Below, one piece after another: positions 50,895 through 60,033 of a DNA stretch of 64,000 nt. Below the pieces are notes generated by a model, which saw nothing but the letters and a program-made list of their open reading frames with translations, ran no database searches and had not been told where the DNA came from. This DNA is from a virus (taxonomy: Duplodnaviria > Caudoviricetes), in IMG/VR virus record IMGVR_UViG_3300030055_000003. One strand, 5' to 3'. Every line of letters begins with the position of its first letter. Position 1 is the stretch's first letter. A program made the translations under genes and the position numbers.

Positions 50895-51257
50895 ATGGAA
50901 ACAATTATTAATAATGATTATGAAAGCAACCTACCACAAAGAACCATAGAATATTTAGGGTTCTTAAATTTCTTACAAGAACAAAGAGATTGGGATAATG
51001 ATTTAGTAATTATAAGTGGTGAAGAGTGGGATAAGTTTTATGATCCTACTACAGATGATGAATATGAAATGAAACTAGATATAGTTAATGTCAAAGACTT
51101 CTTTAATAAATTTGCAGAGATAACTAAAACAGACCAATGGAAATTTGAGAATTATTTTGTTAGTAGTAAATACATAGATGAATGGACGTATAATACAATG
51201 AATTTAATAGTTAAAGTTGATGGATTGAATCAAAGATTTATTATTGATTGCGTTTAA
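50895..51257 (+). CDS. Acidic hypothetical protein, paralog of 36724-37212
   Basis: GAGGAG RBS before ATG 50895; EWDKFY, FAEIT, YIDE, RFII. Confidence 0.65.
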   Translation: METIINNDYESNLPQRTIEYLGFLNFLQEQRDWDNDLVIISGEEWDKFYDPTTDDEYEMKLDIVNVKDFFNKFAEITKTDQWKFENYFVSSKYIDEWTYNTMNLIVKVDGLNQRFIIDCV

Positions 51258-51292
51258 TTAATGGTTATATCGTAGAAATACTTTATAATATA

Positions 51293-51421
51293 TAGGAGTA
51301 GAGAATAGATATTAGTAGATAGTCGACGATTTGTTAATATTGATAAGTAACAACTTCTAAGTTACTTTTTCTACTTTATTTAATTATTAGGAGAAATATA
51401 ATTAAAATGGAGGAATTAGTT
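51293..51421 (+). promoter_or_regulatory. Hairpin/pseudoknot leader of endonuclease gene
   Basis: Stem aagtaac/gttactt, loop aacttctaa; ttaggag 51387-93 pairs with loop (one G-U); GGAGG RBS 51409-13. Confidence 0.5.
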
Positions 51422-53050
51422 ATGGAACAATTAAATGAGAAAGAATATTTAGAGTATATTGAGAAGTGGAAGCTAGAACATGAAAATAAGATTAAAAGTG
51501 GTAAATGCAGACATATATTTTTAGAGTGTTTACCTAAATTAAAAAATAATAACAGTAAAATAATAAATTGGCAAAAAAGTCCTAAATATGTTATATTTTT
51601 TATATATGATAATATCGAAGGCAATATTGAAATTATAGAATATAATAAAAATACGAGAAATTTGTTATTACAGTATAATAGTAAAAAAAATAAATTATAC
51701 ACTCATGATTTATTAAATTGTTATATCGAAGGAATAATAGGAAGAAGAATATCAAATTTTAAATTAGAAATAGGGGCTCATATTCGGGATATAAAAAGAA
51801 ATTTAACTATTACAGATAAAGAATATAGACCTACTTATAATGATAATGGTAACTTAAGACAAAACGTAAAATGGTATAAATATACTTGTAATAAGTGTGG
51901 ATGGACTGAAGGTTGGGTGAGAGAAGGTTCATTATTAGGAGAAAAAACAGGTTGTGGATGTTGTTGCAAAAATAATAAGACTTTAGTTGAAGGAATAAAT
52001 GATATTCCTTCAACTGCACCTTGGATGATACCATATTTTCAAGGTGGATATGAAGAAGCTAAATTGTATACTCATAGTAGTAATGAAAAGATTTTCCCCA
52101 TATGTCCTGATTGTGGGAGGATTAAAGATAAAAAGATGACGATTTCTAAAATTTATAATAGACATTCTATTGGATGCTCTTGCTGTGACAAAATTCCTTA
52201 TCCAGAAAAATTTGTATTTTCAATTTTAGAACAGTTAGATTTGGATTTTCAAATACAACTATCCAAATCGACTTTTATATGGTGTAATAAATATAAATAT
52301 GATTTTTATTTTAAGTTAAATAATGAACTATATGTAATAGAAACGCATGGAATTCAACACTATGAAGATTCAAGTGGAGTTTTTACAAAGTCAATTAAAG
52401 AAGAGCAAGAAAATGATAGATTAAAGAAAGAATTAGCTTTATCTAATGGAATTAAAGAAGAAAACTATATAGTGATTGATTGTAGATATAGCACATTGGA
52501 GTGGATTAGAGATAACGACAATGGAATGTTAAATAGTAGATTAAATGAATTGTTCGATTTAAGTAAAGTTGATTGGCTAAAATGTGCCGAATTTTCTTGC
52601 TCAAATTTAGTAAAAATAGCATGTAAATTAAAAAGAGATACTCCTAATTTAACAACAACCGAAATAGGTGAAATAATGAAGTTAGAAGGACAAACTATAA
52701 GAAAATACCTAAAACAAGGTTCTGAGATATGGAATTGGATTAATTATAATGCAAAAGAAGAAATAATGAGAAATGGAAAACGATGTAGTTTAAATTCAGC
52801 TTTAAATCCAATAATAATGTTCAAAAATCAAAAATATATATATTTGTTCAAATCAGGACGTTCATTAGAAAGACAGTCGGAAAAATTATTTGAAACTAAA
52901 TTATGGCAAGCTAATATATCAGCAGTATGTCGTGGTAAAAAGCCACAATACAAAGGATATACTTTTAAATATGTTCAAGACCTAACTTCAGAAGAAAGAA
53001 TTAAATATGATATAGAAAATAAACTTAAAGAATTAGAAAAATCAGCTTGA
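51422..53050 (+). CDS. Free-standing zinc-ribbon + PD-(D/E)xK putative homing endonuclease, copy 3
   Basis: CNKC, CGCC, CPDC; KYDFYF...VIETHGIQHY; C-terminal NUMOD1-like segment. Confidence 0.7.
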   Translation: MEQLNEKEYLEYIEKWKLEHENKIKSGKCRHIFLECLPKLKNNNSKIINWQKSPKYVIFFIYDNIEGNIEIIEYNKNTRNLLLQYNSKKNKLYTHDLLNCYIEGIIGRRISNFKLEIGAHIRDIKRNLTITDKEYRPTYNDNGNLRQNVKWYKYTCNKCGWTEGWVREGSLLGEKTGCGCCCKNNKTLVEGINDIPSTAPWMIPYFQGGYEEAKLYTHSSNEKIFPICPDCGRIKDKKMTISKIYNRHSIGCSCCDKIPYPEKFVFSILEQLDLDFQIQLSKSTFIWCNKYKYDFYFKLNNELYVIETHGIQHYEDSSGVFTKSIKEEQENDRLKKELALSNGIKEENYIVIDCRYSTLEWIRDNDNGMLNSRLNELFDLSKVDWLKCAEFSCSNLVKIACKLKRDTPNLTTTEIGEIMKLEGQTIRKYLKQGSEIWNWINYNAKEEIMRNGKRCSLNSALNPIIMFKNQKYIYLFKSGRSLERQSEKLFETKLWQANISAVCRGKKPQYKGYTFKYVQDLTSEERIKYDIENKLKELEKSA

Positions 53051-53396
53051 AAACTATTTAATATAATCCTATTAAAAGCTTTAAATTATATAATCAATCA
53101 TTTTTATAAAATATAATAAGAATATTATCGTATAATTTGTAGAAATATGTTAAAATATAGATATAAACAGATTGATAATTATAAATTGATTTATTATTGT
53201 CAAAACTTTACTAATATTTATATTTTAACATATATAAGATTGTGGTAAAATTAAAAGGTAATAATTTACAATATAACTATTAAGTTGGTTTAATTGGAAT
53301 AAAATTCTTGTAATATTATGTTAAGGGGTGTATTATATGGTTATAAAGAGATATATAAAAAACGTAAGTATATTAAATAAAGATGGGGGTGTTAGT

Positions 53397-53570
53397 ATGG
53401 AAAATGTCATTTCTATGGATAAATATATTGAAGATACACAATCGAATGAATGTGAATGGGATATAATTAGAAATATATGTCAAAAGGCTATACAAAGAAA
53501 AGGATATACATCACAACAGGTTCATGAAATTTCAAAGAAGATATTAAGAGAGGTACGTGAAGACAAATGA
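53397..53570 (+). CDS. Small protein, putative antitoxin of PIN toxin
   Basis: 57 aa, GGGGGTG RBS, stop overlaps PIN start (ATGA). Confidence 0.45.
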   Translation: MENVISMDKYIEDTQSNECEWDIIRNICQKAIQRKGYTSQQVHEISKKILREVREDK

Positions 53571-54043
53571 ATGTAATTTTAGATACTAATATATTTATAG
53601 GAGCATTTTTTGAAAATAATAAAGATTGTAGTTTAATATTAAAAGAGGAAAAGAATGGTGAATTTGAGTTAATAATGAGCCACGAAATGCAAGAAGAACT
53701 TAATAGAATTTTACATAGTTCATTTAAAAAATACGAATTCACTGCGAGTCAAATAGAGATAATATTTAAAATGTTATCAAAAGCCTTATTAAGAACAACT
53801 AATATTAAACCATCTCATAATTTTAGTAAATGCAGTGATAAAGATGATAATATGTTTTTCTCTTGTGCTATAGATGGAAATGCTAACTATATAATTAGTA
53901 AAGATGCTCATATCCATGCATTAAAAGATGATAAAAATCCTATAAAGAATAAAAATAAAGAAGAAATAAAGATATTATATCCAGATGAATTTATTATGGA
54001 ACTAAAAAAAATAAAATTAGTTGCAAATTTTAGTAATCATTAA
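53567..54043 (+). CDS. PIN-domain (VapC-like, PIN_3) nuclease
   Basis: VILDTNIFI...E...CSDKDDNMFFSCAIDGNANYIISKD. Confidence 0.85.
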   Translation: MNVILDTNIFIGAFFENNKDCSLILKEEKNGEFELIMSHEMQEELNRILHSSFKKYEFTASQIEIIFKMLSKALLRTTNIKPSHNFSKCSDKDDNMFFSCAIDGNANYIISKDAHIHALKDDKNPIKNKNKEEIKILYPDEFIMELKKIKLVANFSNH

Positions 54044-54070
54044 AGAGTTTAGTACAAGCTAGGCTCTTTT
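54042..54070 (+). terminator. Terminator after PIN gene
   Basis: aaagagtttag/ctaggctcttt. Confidence 0.65.
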
Positions 54071-54088
54071 ATTATGAAAAAATAATAG

Positions 54089-54202
54089 TTGACAATCTAA
54101 TCCAAGGGGATTAAAATAAAGAAGTAAAAGAAGTTTACAAATAAAATTTAAATATACAGTTCATGTAAATAAGATACTTAGTTTCAGTAGGTATCTTATT
54201 TT
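54089..54202 (+). ncRNA. Candidate ~80-nt small RNA with own promoter and terminator
   Basis: TTGACA-17-TAAAAT (54089-117), no ORF, terminator aataagatac/gtatcttatt (54168-202). Confidence 0.45.
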
Positions 54203-54326
54203 TATATCTATAATTAAAAAAGACTTTCTAATTATATCACTTACCATCCCACATGAGTTTCAGTCACGCTTTTAAAATGATATAATTATACTAGTCCTTT
54301 AATTAACTCAATCTATCTTTAGTATA

Positions 54327-54455
54327 TTAAAAATGGGATATGTTAATGTATATTAAAATTACTGTTGTAGCAAAATTAAGAAGCCCAGTTGAAATTGCAA
54401 GTATTGCTAAAACAGTATCTTTATCAAATAGTTTTTTAGATTTATTACAGTTCAT
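54327..54455 (-). CDS. 42-aa hydrophobic peptide, type I toxin-like (not in ORF track)
   Basis: MNCNKSKKLFDKDTVLAILAISTGLLNFATTVILIYINISHF; GGGAGG RBS; minus-strand TTGTAA-17-TATAAT promoter (54538-54510). Confidence 0.65.
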   Translation of the reverse strand: MNCNKSKKLFDKDTVLAILAISTGLLNFATTVILIYINISHF

Positions 54456-54669
54456 GATATAATCGCCTCCCATCCCCATAGGAATATTCGAATATGAGAT
54501 GGCATAATAATTATATCACTTATTACTAATAATTACAATTTAATACAAAAACATTAAGAATCTAGTATAAAAAATATTAGGTTCTTTTTTTGTTATAAAA
54601 AACAAATTAAAACAAAATTAAACATCAATTTTAAAAACAAATTAAAGATAGAAAGAAGGTGAATTAATA

Positions 54670-55587
54670 ATGGGTTTTATTACAAGGTTCGGATTTAACG
54701 GAAAACCTTTTTTAGAAAATTGTCATACAAATAGTAAAGTATCCAGTTTATTTGCTTCAAATGGTGTGATAGATGAAATAAAAATAGATGAAACATTAGA
54801 TAGTGAAAATTCTATAGAACAAACTCCTTGGACTATGGATACAGGGTTTTTATGTCACTTCTTAAATTCACTTGAAGCAGGGAATCTGACAAATAATGGT
54901 ATAAAAATTCAAAAAATAAGATTTAAAAGAAGAAAAGTTGGAGATTTAACTTGGCAGACTATGATAGATTATCCTTTTAGTGATGATATAGAGAATTATG
55001 ATACAGAAGATTTTTATATCTGTGCAGGATATAACTACGATTATACATTAATTCCTGTGGTTCAAAATTTTGAAGGAGTTGGGGTTACAAGTAATATAAC
55101 ACCAATGTATAAAAGCTTATTTTTAACTGGTAGAAATAGTAGCGGAGATTTAGTAAATTATCCTTTAAGATTCGATTTAAATTTATCGGATATTAGTCTC
55201 AATGAGGATAAAACTGTTATGAAGACATTATCTTCTCAATATCCAGCAATATTATGTGGAGGTTCTAAATATATGTCGGGTAGTTTAGCATTTGATATAA
55301 TTAGTCCAAATTGTGAATCTAATAGTGGAAAAATTGATATGCAAGCTGAAAATGCCTATAGAGAAAGTTTTGAAGAATTTATACATACTGGTAAACCTAT
55401 GTTGGTCAGAACTCACAGCTTTTATACATTAGGAGTTTTAAGTGATATTAAAAAGAATCCTTTGTTTGGTGACGACGCAGGATGGGGACTCTACAAATAT
55501 ACCTGCACATTTACTGAGATAGGAAATGGCAAAGATATGGATACATTACAAAAAAACAATCTAACCTATGAAATCACAACAAGTTAA
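54670..55587 (+). CDS. Tail/baseplate protein
   Basis: 305 aa resuming the tail operon after the moron island. Confidence 0.45.
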   Translation: MGFITRFGFNGKPFLENCHTNSKVSSLFASNGVIDEIKIDETLDSENSIEQTPWTMDTGFLCHFLNSLEAGNLTNNGIKIQKIRFKRRKVGDLTWQTMIDYPFSDDIENYDTEDFYICAGYNYDYTLIPVVQNFEGVGVTSNITPMYKSLFLTGRNSSGDLVNYPLRFDLNLSDISLNEDKTVMKTLSSQYPAILCGGSKYMSGSLAFDIISPNCESNSGKIDMQAENAYRESFEEFIHTGKPMLVRTHSFYTLGVLSDIKKNPLFGDDAGWGLYKYTCTFTEIGNGKDMDTLQKNNLTYEITTS

Positions 55588-55624
55588 AAATAAATTAAAT
55601 TATTAAGAAGGGAGTGAATATATT

Positions 55625-58270
55625 TTGTCAGTTCAAAAAGTAGTACAGGGTAGTTTATATCAGAATGGTATACAAGCGCAATTTTCATCTGTACCAATTT
55701 CATATATAAATAATGCAGTTTTAGAGTTAAAATCTAGTGGAACTGATATTGAATGGTTAGTAATCGATAGTGGAGCACATCATTATCTATTATCCACTAA
55801 AAATTTATTAAGTGGAATTAGTTATAATCAATTAAATATACAAGGGTTTGTAAGTGGAAATTCTTTGATAAATATTGGTGATTCACAATATAAAATCAGA
55901 TTAATAACAAATAAAGAATGGAATGATTTTGTATTAAATCAAATAAATCTTAATACATTATTAATACCAAATGCAGATGATTTAAGTGGGAACTATAATG
56001 TAACGACTATTTCTACTTCTAATACAAACACTTTGCTTCATTGGTGGAATACTCCTTCTTTAACTAAAGATGTTAATGGTAACAATATCATTATCAGAGG
56101 TGGAAATGCTATTAATACTTCTTCTAATATATTAACAACAGATAATTCTAATTGGAGAATAATGTTAGAAAAGCTTGACCTACCACCAGCAATATCAGAT
56201 AATGATAGATTTTTAGGAAATTTTACATCTAGTATTGTACAAGAATACACTATAACAGACCCAGAAAATGATTTATTTAAAGTTGAAGAAATACTTGATG
56301 GGTCTGTTACAAGAACATTAGAAAATCAACCAAGTAAAACTAAATTTACATATGGTTTATCAGGTACATATTGGAGTAATATAACATCAGGAAGTCATAC
56401 AATTGTTATCAGAGTTACAGATATTTGCGATAATATTTCAATTAGAACATGGACTTTTAATAAAATAGTAGACTATTCAACAGGAACATCTACAAATTTG
56501 ACACGACCAATTATAACTACACCTACAAGTTCACTTTCATTAGTACCAATGAATGCATTAGTTGACAATATTGTTAATTTTAATGTAGTTGGTGGTGAAT
56601 TGGTATATGCAAATGAAATAAATATTGTAGATAATTCCAATTCATCTATTGTGATATATAATAAAAAAGTTGAAAGTTTTGATTTTTATAATACAATTCC
56701 ACTTAATACATTAATTAATGGACATACGTATCAAATAAAAATGCGGACATATAATTCAAATAATCAATATTCTGCATGGAGTGATACTGTTTTAGTAAAA
56801 TGTTTAACTCCACCAAATTTAAATATAACTACAATTATTGATGGTAAAATACAAAGTCCAAATCCATTAATAATGGCTACATATAATCAAAATGAGGGAG
56901 ACGAATTATACAGTTATATATATAATTTATATAAAGATGGTGCATTAATTGCATCCAGTGAAGTTTTATTAGATAAATTATTGGAATATCAATTTTCAAA
57001 TTTAGAAAATAAAACAAATTATCTAATGGAATTAAAAGTAAGAACTTCTAGTGGAATGGAAAATAGTGTAACTCAAGATTTTTATTGTGTATACTTACAA
57101 ACAAAACTTCCAGCAGTACTAAAAACTGAAAATAGTTCGACTACAGGTAGTGTAAAAATAACAAGTTATGTTAGACAAATTAGAGGACGGATTTTTAGTG
57201 GAGATGATATTAATTATATTGATGATACGTGGGCAGACTTACATAACACAGTAGTAATATGGGACAAAGATGGAGCTTTTCGTCTAGACGGAGATTGGAC
57301 TGCTAAAATATGGGCAAGAGATTTAGAAAATAATGATGTAATGTTAGTGAAATTTGTATTGGATGATAATAATTATATACAATTATCTCGTTATAATAAT
57401 ATGTTTTCGCTATCCAAAATAGTAAATGGAATTAAATTATATGAACTTCATTCATTTGTTTTAGGAGACATATTATCAACAGACCAATTATATTTCTTTA
57501 TTCAAAATGATGTTGATTTAGGATTAATGAATTTTGATGTAAAAAGAGTAACAGATGGTAGAAACACTTGGTATAGTAAATCCTATGATAATGATATAAT
57601 GCCTAGTTATGCAAGTGAAAATGGATTTTTAACATTTTTAGAAGACGATTTTAAAAATATATTACTTGATAATAATATAGATGGAGATAATATGAAAGTT
57701 TATATTCCTACAATTGATGATTTATTAAATGCAAATACAAGTAGTATATTAGGAAAAGCAATTGTTGGAGATATGATATTAGGCAATGATAAGGGGATAA
57801 TTGATTTAACTTCAACTCAGCCTTATTTTACAAGAACTATAGATAATTTAGATGTAAATAAAATAAAAATATTTAATACAGATGGAACAATAAGCACAAG
57901 CTATCCAAATTCTCAACTTGGAATAAGATTTGTTATAAAAATACCAAATAACATTAAAGTTTCCAGTTATATAGATTCTAGTGATGGTTGTCATTTATTA
58001 GCATTGAAAATATTAAATTTATTTACAATACAAAATATAGGAAATTTGCAAGTAGGAGATAGAATAAAAGCATACGCAATAAAATATAAAAATGAATTAG
58101 TTAAGTTTACAATATTATCGAAAACGGATAGTACTATTTCTTTATTATCTGATGTAATCAATACTTCTAAAGAATTTGATAAAGAAGAAACAGTATTTAT
58201 AAATGGTAATCCAAATTGGAATTTGAGTAATTTAAAACAATGGCTAAACAGTAACTCAAAAATAGGCTAG
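55625..58270 (+). CDS. Large tail/baseplate protein with Ig/FN3-like modules and DUF6273-like segments
   Basis: TYQIKMRTYNSNNQYSAWSD FN3-like; KVYIPT, GIRFVI and WNLSNLKQWLNS DUF6273-like motifs. Confidence 0.55.
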   Translation: MSVQKVVQGSLYQNGIQAQFSSVPISYINNAVLELKSSGTDIEWLVIDSGAHHYLLSTKNLLSGISYNQLNIQGFVSGNSLINIGDSQYKIRLITNKEWNDFVLNQINLNTLLIPNADDLSGNYNVTTISTSNTNTLLHWWNTPSLTKDVNGNNIIIRGGNAINTSSNILTTDNSNWRIMLEKLDLPPAISDNDRFLGNFTSSIVQEYTITDPENDLFKVEEILDGSVTRTLENQPSKTKFTYGLSGTYWSNITSGSHTIVIRVTDICDNISIRTWTFNKIVDYSTGTSTNLTRPIITTPTSSLSLVPMNALVDNIVNFNVVGGELVYANEINIVDNSNSSIVIYNKKVESFDFYNTIPLNTLINGHTYQIKMRTYNSNNQYSAWSDTVLVKCLTPPNLNITTIIDGKIQSPNPLIMATYNQNEGDELYSYIYNLYKDGALIASSEVLLDKLLEYQFSNLENKTNYLMELKVRTSSGMENSVTQDFYCVYLQTKLPAVLKTENSSTTGSVKITSYVRQIRGRIFSGDDINYIDDTWADLHNTVVIWDKDGAFRLDGDWTAKIWARDLENNDVMLVKFVLDDNNYIQLSRYNNMFSLSKIVNGIKLYELHSFVLGDILSTDQLYFFIQNDVDLGLMNFDVKRVTDGRNTWYSKSYDNDIMPSYASENGFLTFLEDDFKNILLDNNIDGDNMKVYIPTIDDLLNANTSSILGKAIVGDMILGNDKGIIDLTSTQPYFTRTIDNLDVNKIKIFNTDGTISTSYPNSQLGIRFVIKIPNNIKVSSYIDSSDGCHLLALKILNLFTIQNIGNLQVGDRIKAYAIKYKNELVKFTILSKTDSTISLLSDVINTSKEFDKEETVFINGNPNWNLSNLKQWLNSNSKIG

Positions 58271-58324
58271 AGATTTATTTTTCTTTAGTCTATTTTATTA
58301 TGCAAAAATTAAGGAGGAACAACA

Positions 58325-59872
58325 ATGGCAACTAATATGACTAGTGATATAGTACCAAGATATTCAACATTCACAACTGATGATAATTTAACATTAGATA
58401 GTTTTATTGTATTTCAAGATATGGATAAAGCCCATTCAGATATGGTTGATAGATACTACGTATTGAAAAACAAACAATATACAACAGATGCAGAAAAGAC
58501 AGAAATGACTGGATTAGAAGTTAATTTACAAGAATATCTACCAACAAGTGATACATGGAATAAATTATGTGCATGTATTTTAGGTATGCAAATGTATATG
58601 AGAGATGGAATAGTAGTATTTACAGAACAAAAGAAAGCAGAATTTGAAAAAATAATATCTAATTATTCATATCAAGGAGAATGGACTAATACAATAATAT
58701 ATTCAGAAGGGAATTTAGTTTTACATAATGGACAAGGTTTTACAAGTAAAGTTGATAATAATTTAAATTATGAACCGAATAGCGAAGTTTCAACTGATGA
58801 TTATTGGATTCGTTATACTATCAAAGGAGACAAAGGCGACCCATCTTTAAATGTATCTATTAAGAAAGGCACAGATGGTACAGCTAATTATGACCTGCTG
58901 ACTACATATAACGTTGGAGATGCGTGCGTTTACAATCATAGATTATATTATTGTTTAGTAGATGGGACTATAGGAATAGCAGTAACAGATAATACTAAAT
59001 GGGCATGTGCTGATAAAATATGGATTGGAACAGATGAACCATTAGACCATTTTGTAATATGGTGGGATATAAATAATGGACAAAATGTATTAAAAAGATA
59101 TTCAGATAATAATGTATGGGTAGAGCAAACTGTAAAAGCTGGAGATATGATTATACTTGATAGTGCTAATTATTTTACTAGCAGTAATGTTGAAGGAGCT
59201 TTAATTGAATTAAAAATAGCTATTAATAATATTGATTTAACTGCAAGCAAAGTAACTGTGGTTGATAGTGCTAATTTATACAATGGAGTTAATGCTGAGA
59301 CGTGCCTAGCAGAAGTTATGAATAAAACTAATACAGCACAAAATACAGCTAATAATGCAACTAATTTAGCAAATACTGCACAAGCTAGAGCAGATTCGGC
59401 TTTTACATATGCCAATAATGGAAAGACTAGTGTTACTGGTGTTGTTGGTAATGTTTCAAGTAGTAACACATTTGGAGATATAATTAATGAAATACAATAT
59501 GATAAAAATATATTAGCTAGTAATTTAAATAATAAAGGAGTTTCAGCTAATAATGGTGATACATTAAGAAATTTAGCTAGTTTAGTTGGGAATATATCAT
59601 TAGGAAGAAAACATACTACTGGTACAGGAACGACAGTCAGATATAATAATCAAAATTGTATAGCGATAAATTTTATATTTACTCCATCTGTAGGTATATT
59701 TAAATTCTCTCAAAGTACAAGCAATCCTACCCAAAATTATTATATTAATGGAGAAAATATAATAACTGGATATGGTTATGCTACACGCACAGACTCTGTA
59801 TACTCCTCTGGTACATCAATATATATAGTGGCTGTAGGATCTGGAACATATACATATGAGATTTGGGAGTAA
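58325..59872 (+). CDS. Tail fibre protein with CBM5/12-like (chitin-binding) repeats
   Basis: YQGEWTNTIIYSEGNLV, TYNVGDACVYNHRLYYC, collagen-like KGDKGD, ASKVTVVDSANLY repeats. Confidence 0.6.
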   Translation: MATNMTSDIVPRYSTFTTDDNLTLDSFIVFQDMDKAHSDMVDRYYVLKNKQYTTDAEKTEMTGLEVNLQEYLPTSDTWNKLCACILGMQMYMRDGIVVFTEQKKAEFEKIISNYSYQGEWTNTIIYSEGNLVLHNGQGFTSKVDNNLNYEPNSEVSTDDYWIRYTIKGDKGDPSLNVSIKKGTDGTANYDLLTTYNVGDACVYNHRLYYCLVDGTIGIAVTDNTKWACADKIWIGTDEPLDHFVIWWDINNGQNVLKRYSDNNVWVEQTVKAGDMIILDSANYFTSSNVEGALIELKIAINNIDLTASKVTVVDSANLYNGVNAETCLAEVMNKTNTAQNTANNATNLANTAQARADSAFTYANNGKTSVTGVVGNVSSSNTFGDIINEIQYDKNILASNLNNKGVSANNGDTLRNLASLVGNISLGRKHTTGTGTTVRYNNQNCIAINFIFTPSVGIFKFSQSTSNPTQNYYINGENIITGYGYATRTDSVYSSGTSIYIVAVGSGTYTYEIWE

Positions 59873-59936
59873 AATTCTCATATTAACCAAACACATTTTG
59901 TGATAGGATAAAATGAAAGTTTTATAAGAAGTTAAT

Positions 59937-59983
59937 AAATTAATAGAAATACTATTGACATACATCACTCCTTAATATATAAT
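59937..59983 (+). promoter_or_regulatory. sigmaA-type promoter with upstream AAATTAATAGAA box
   Basis: Box 59937-48, TTGACA 59955-60, 17 bp, TATAAT 59978-83. Confidence 0.8.
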
Positions 59984-60033
59984 TAAATTATAGAAATACA
60001 GGAAATAATATGATATAATTTGAAATATAAGGA

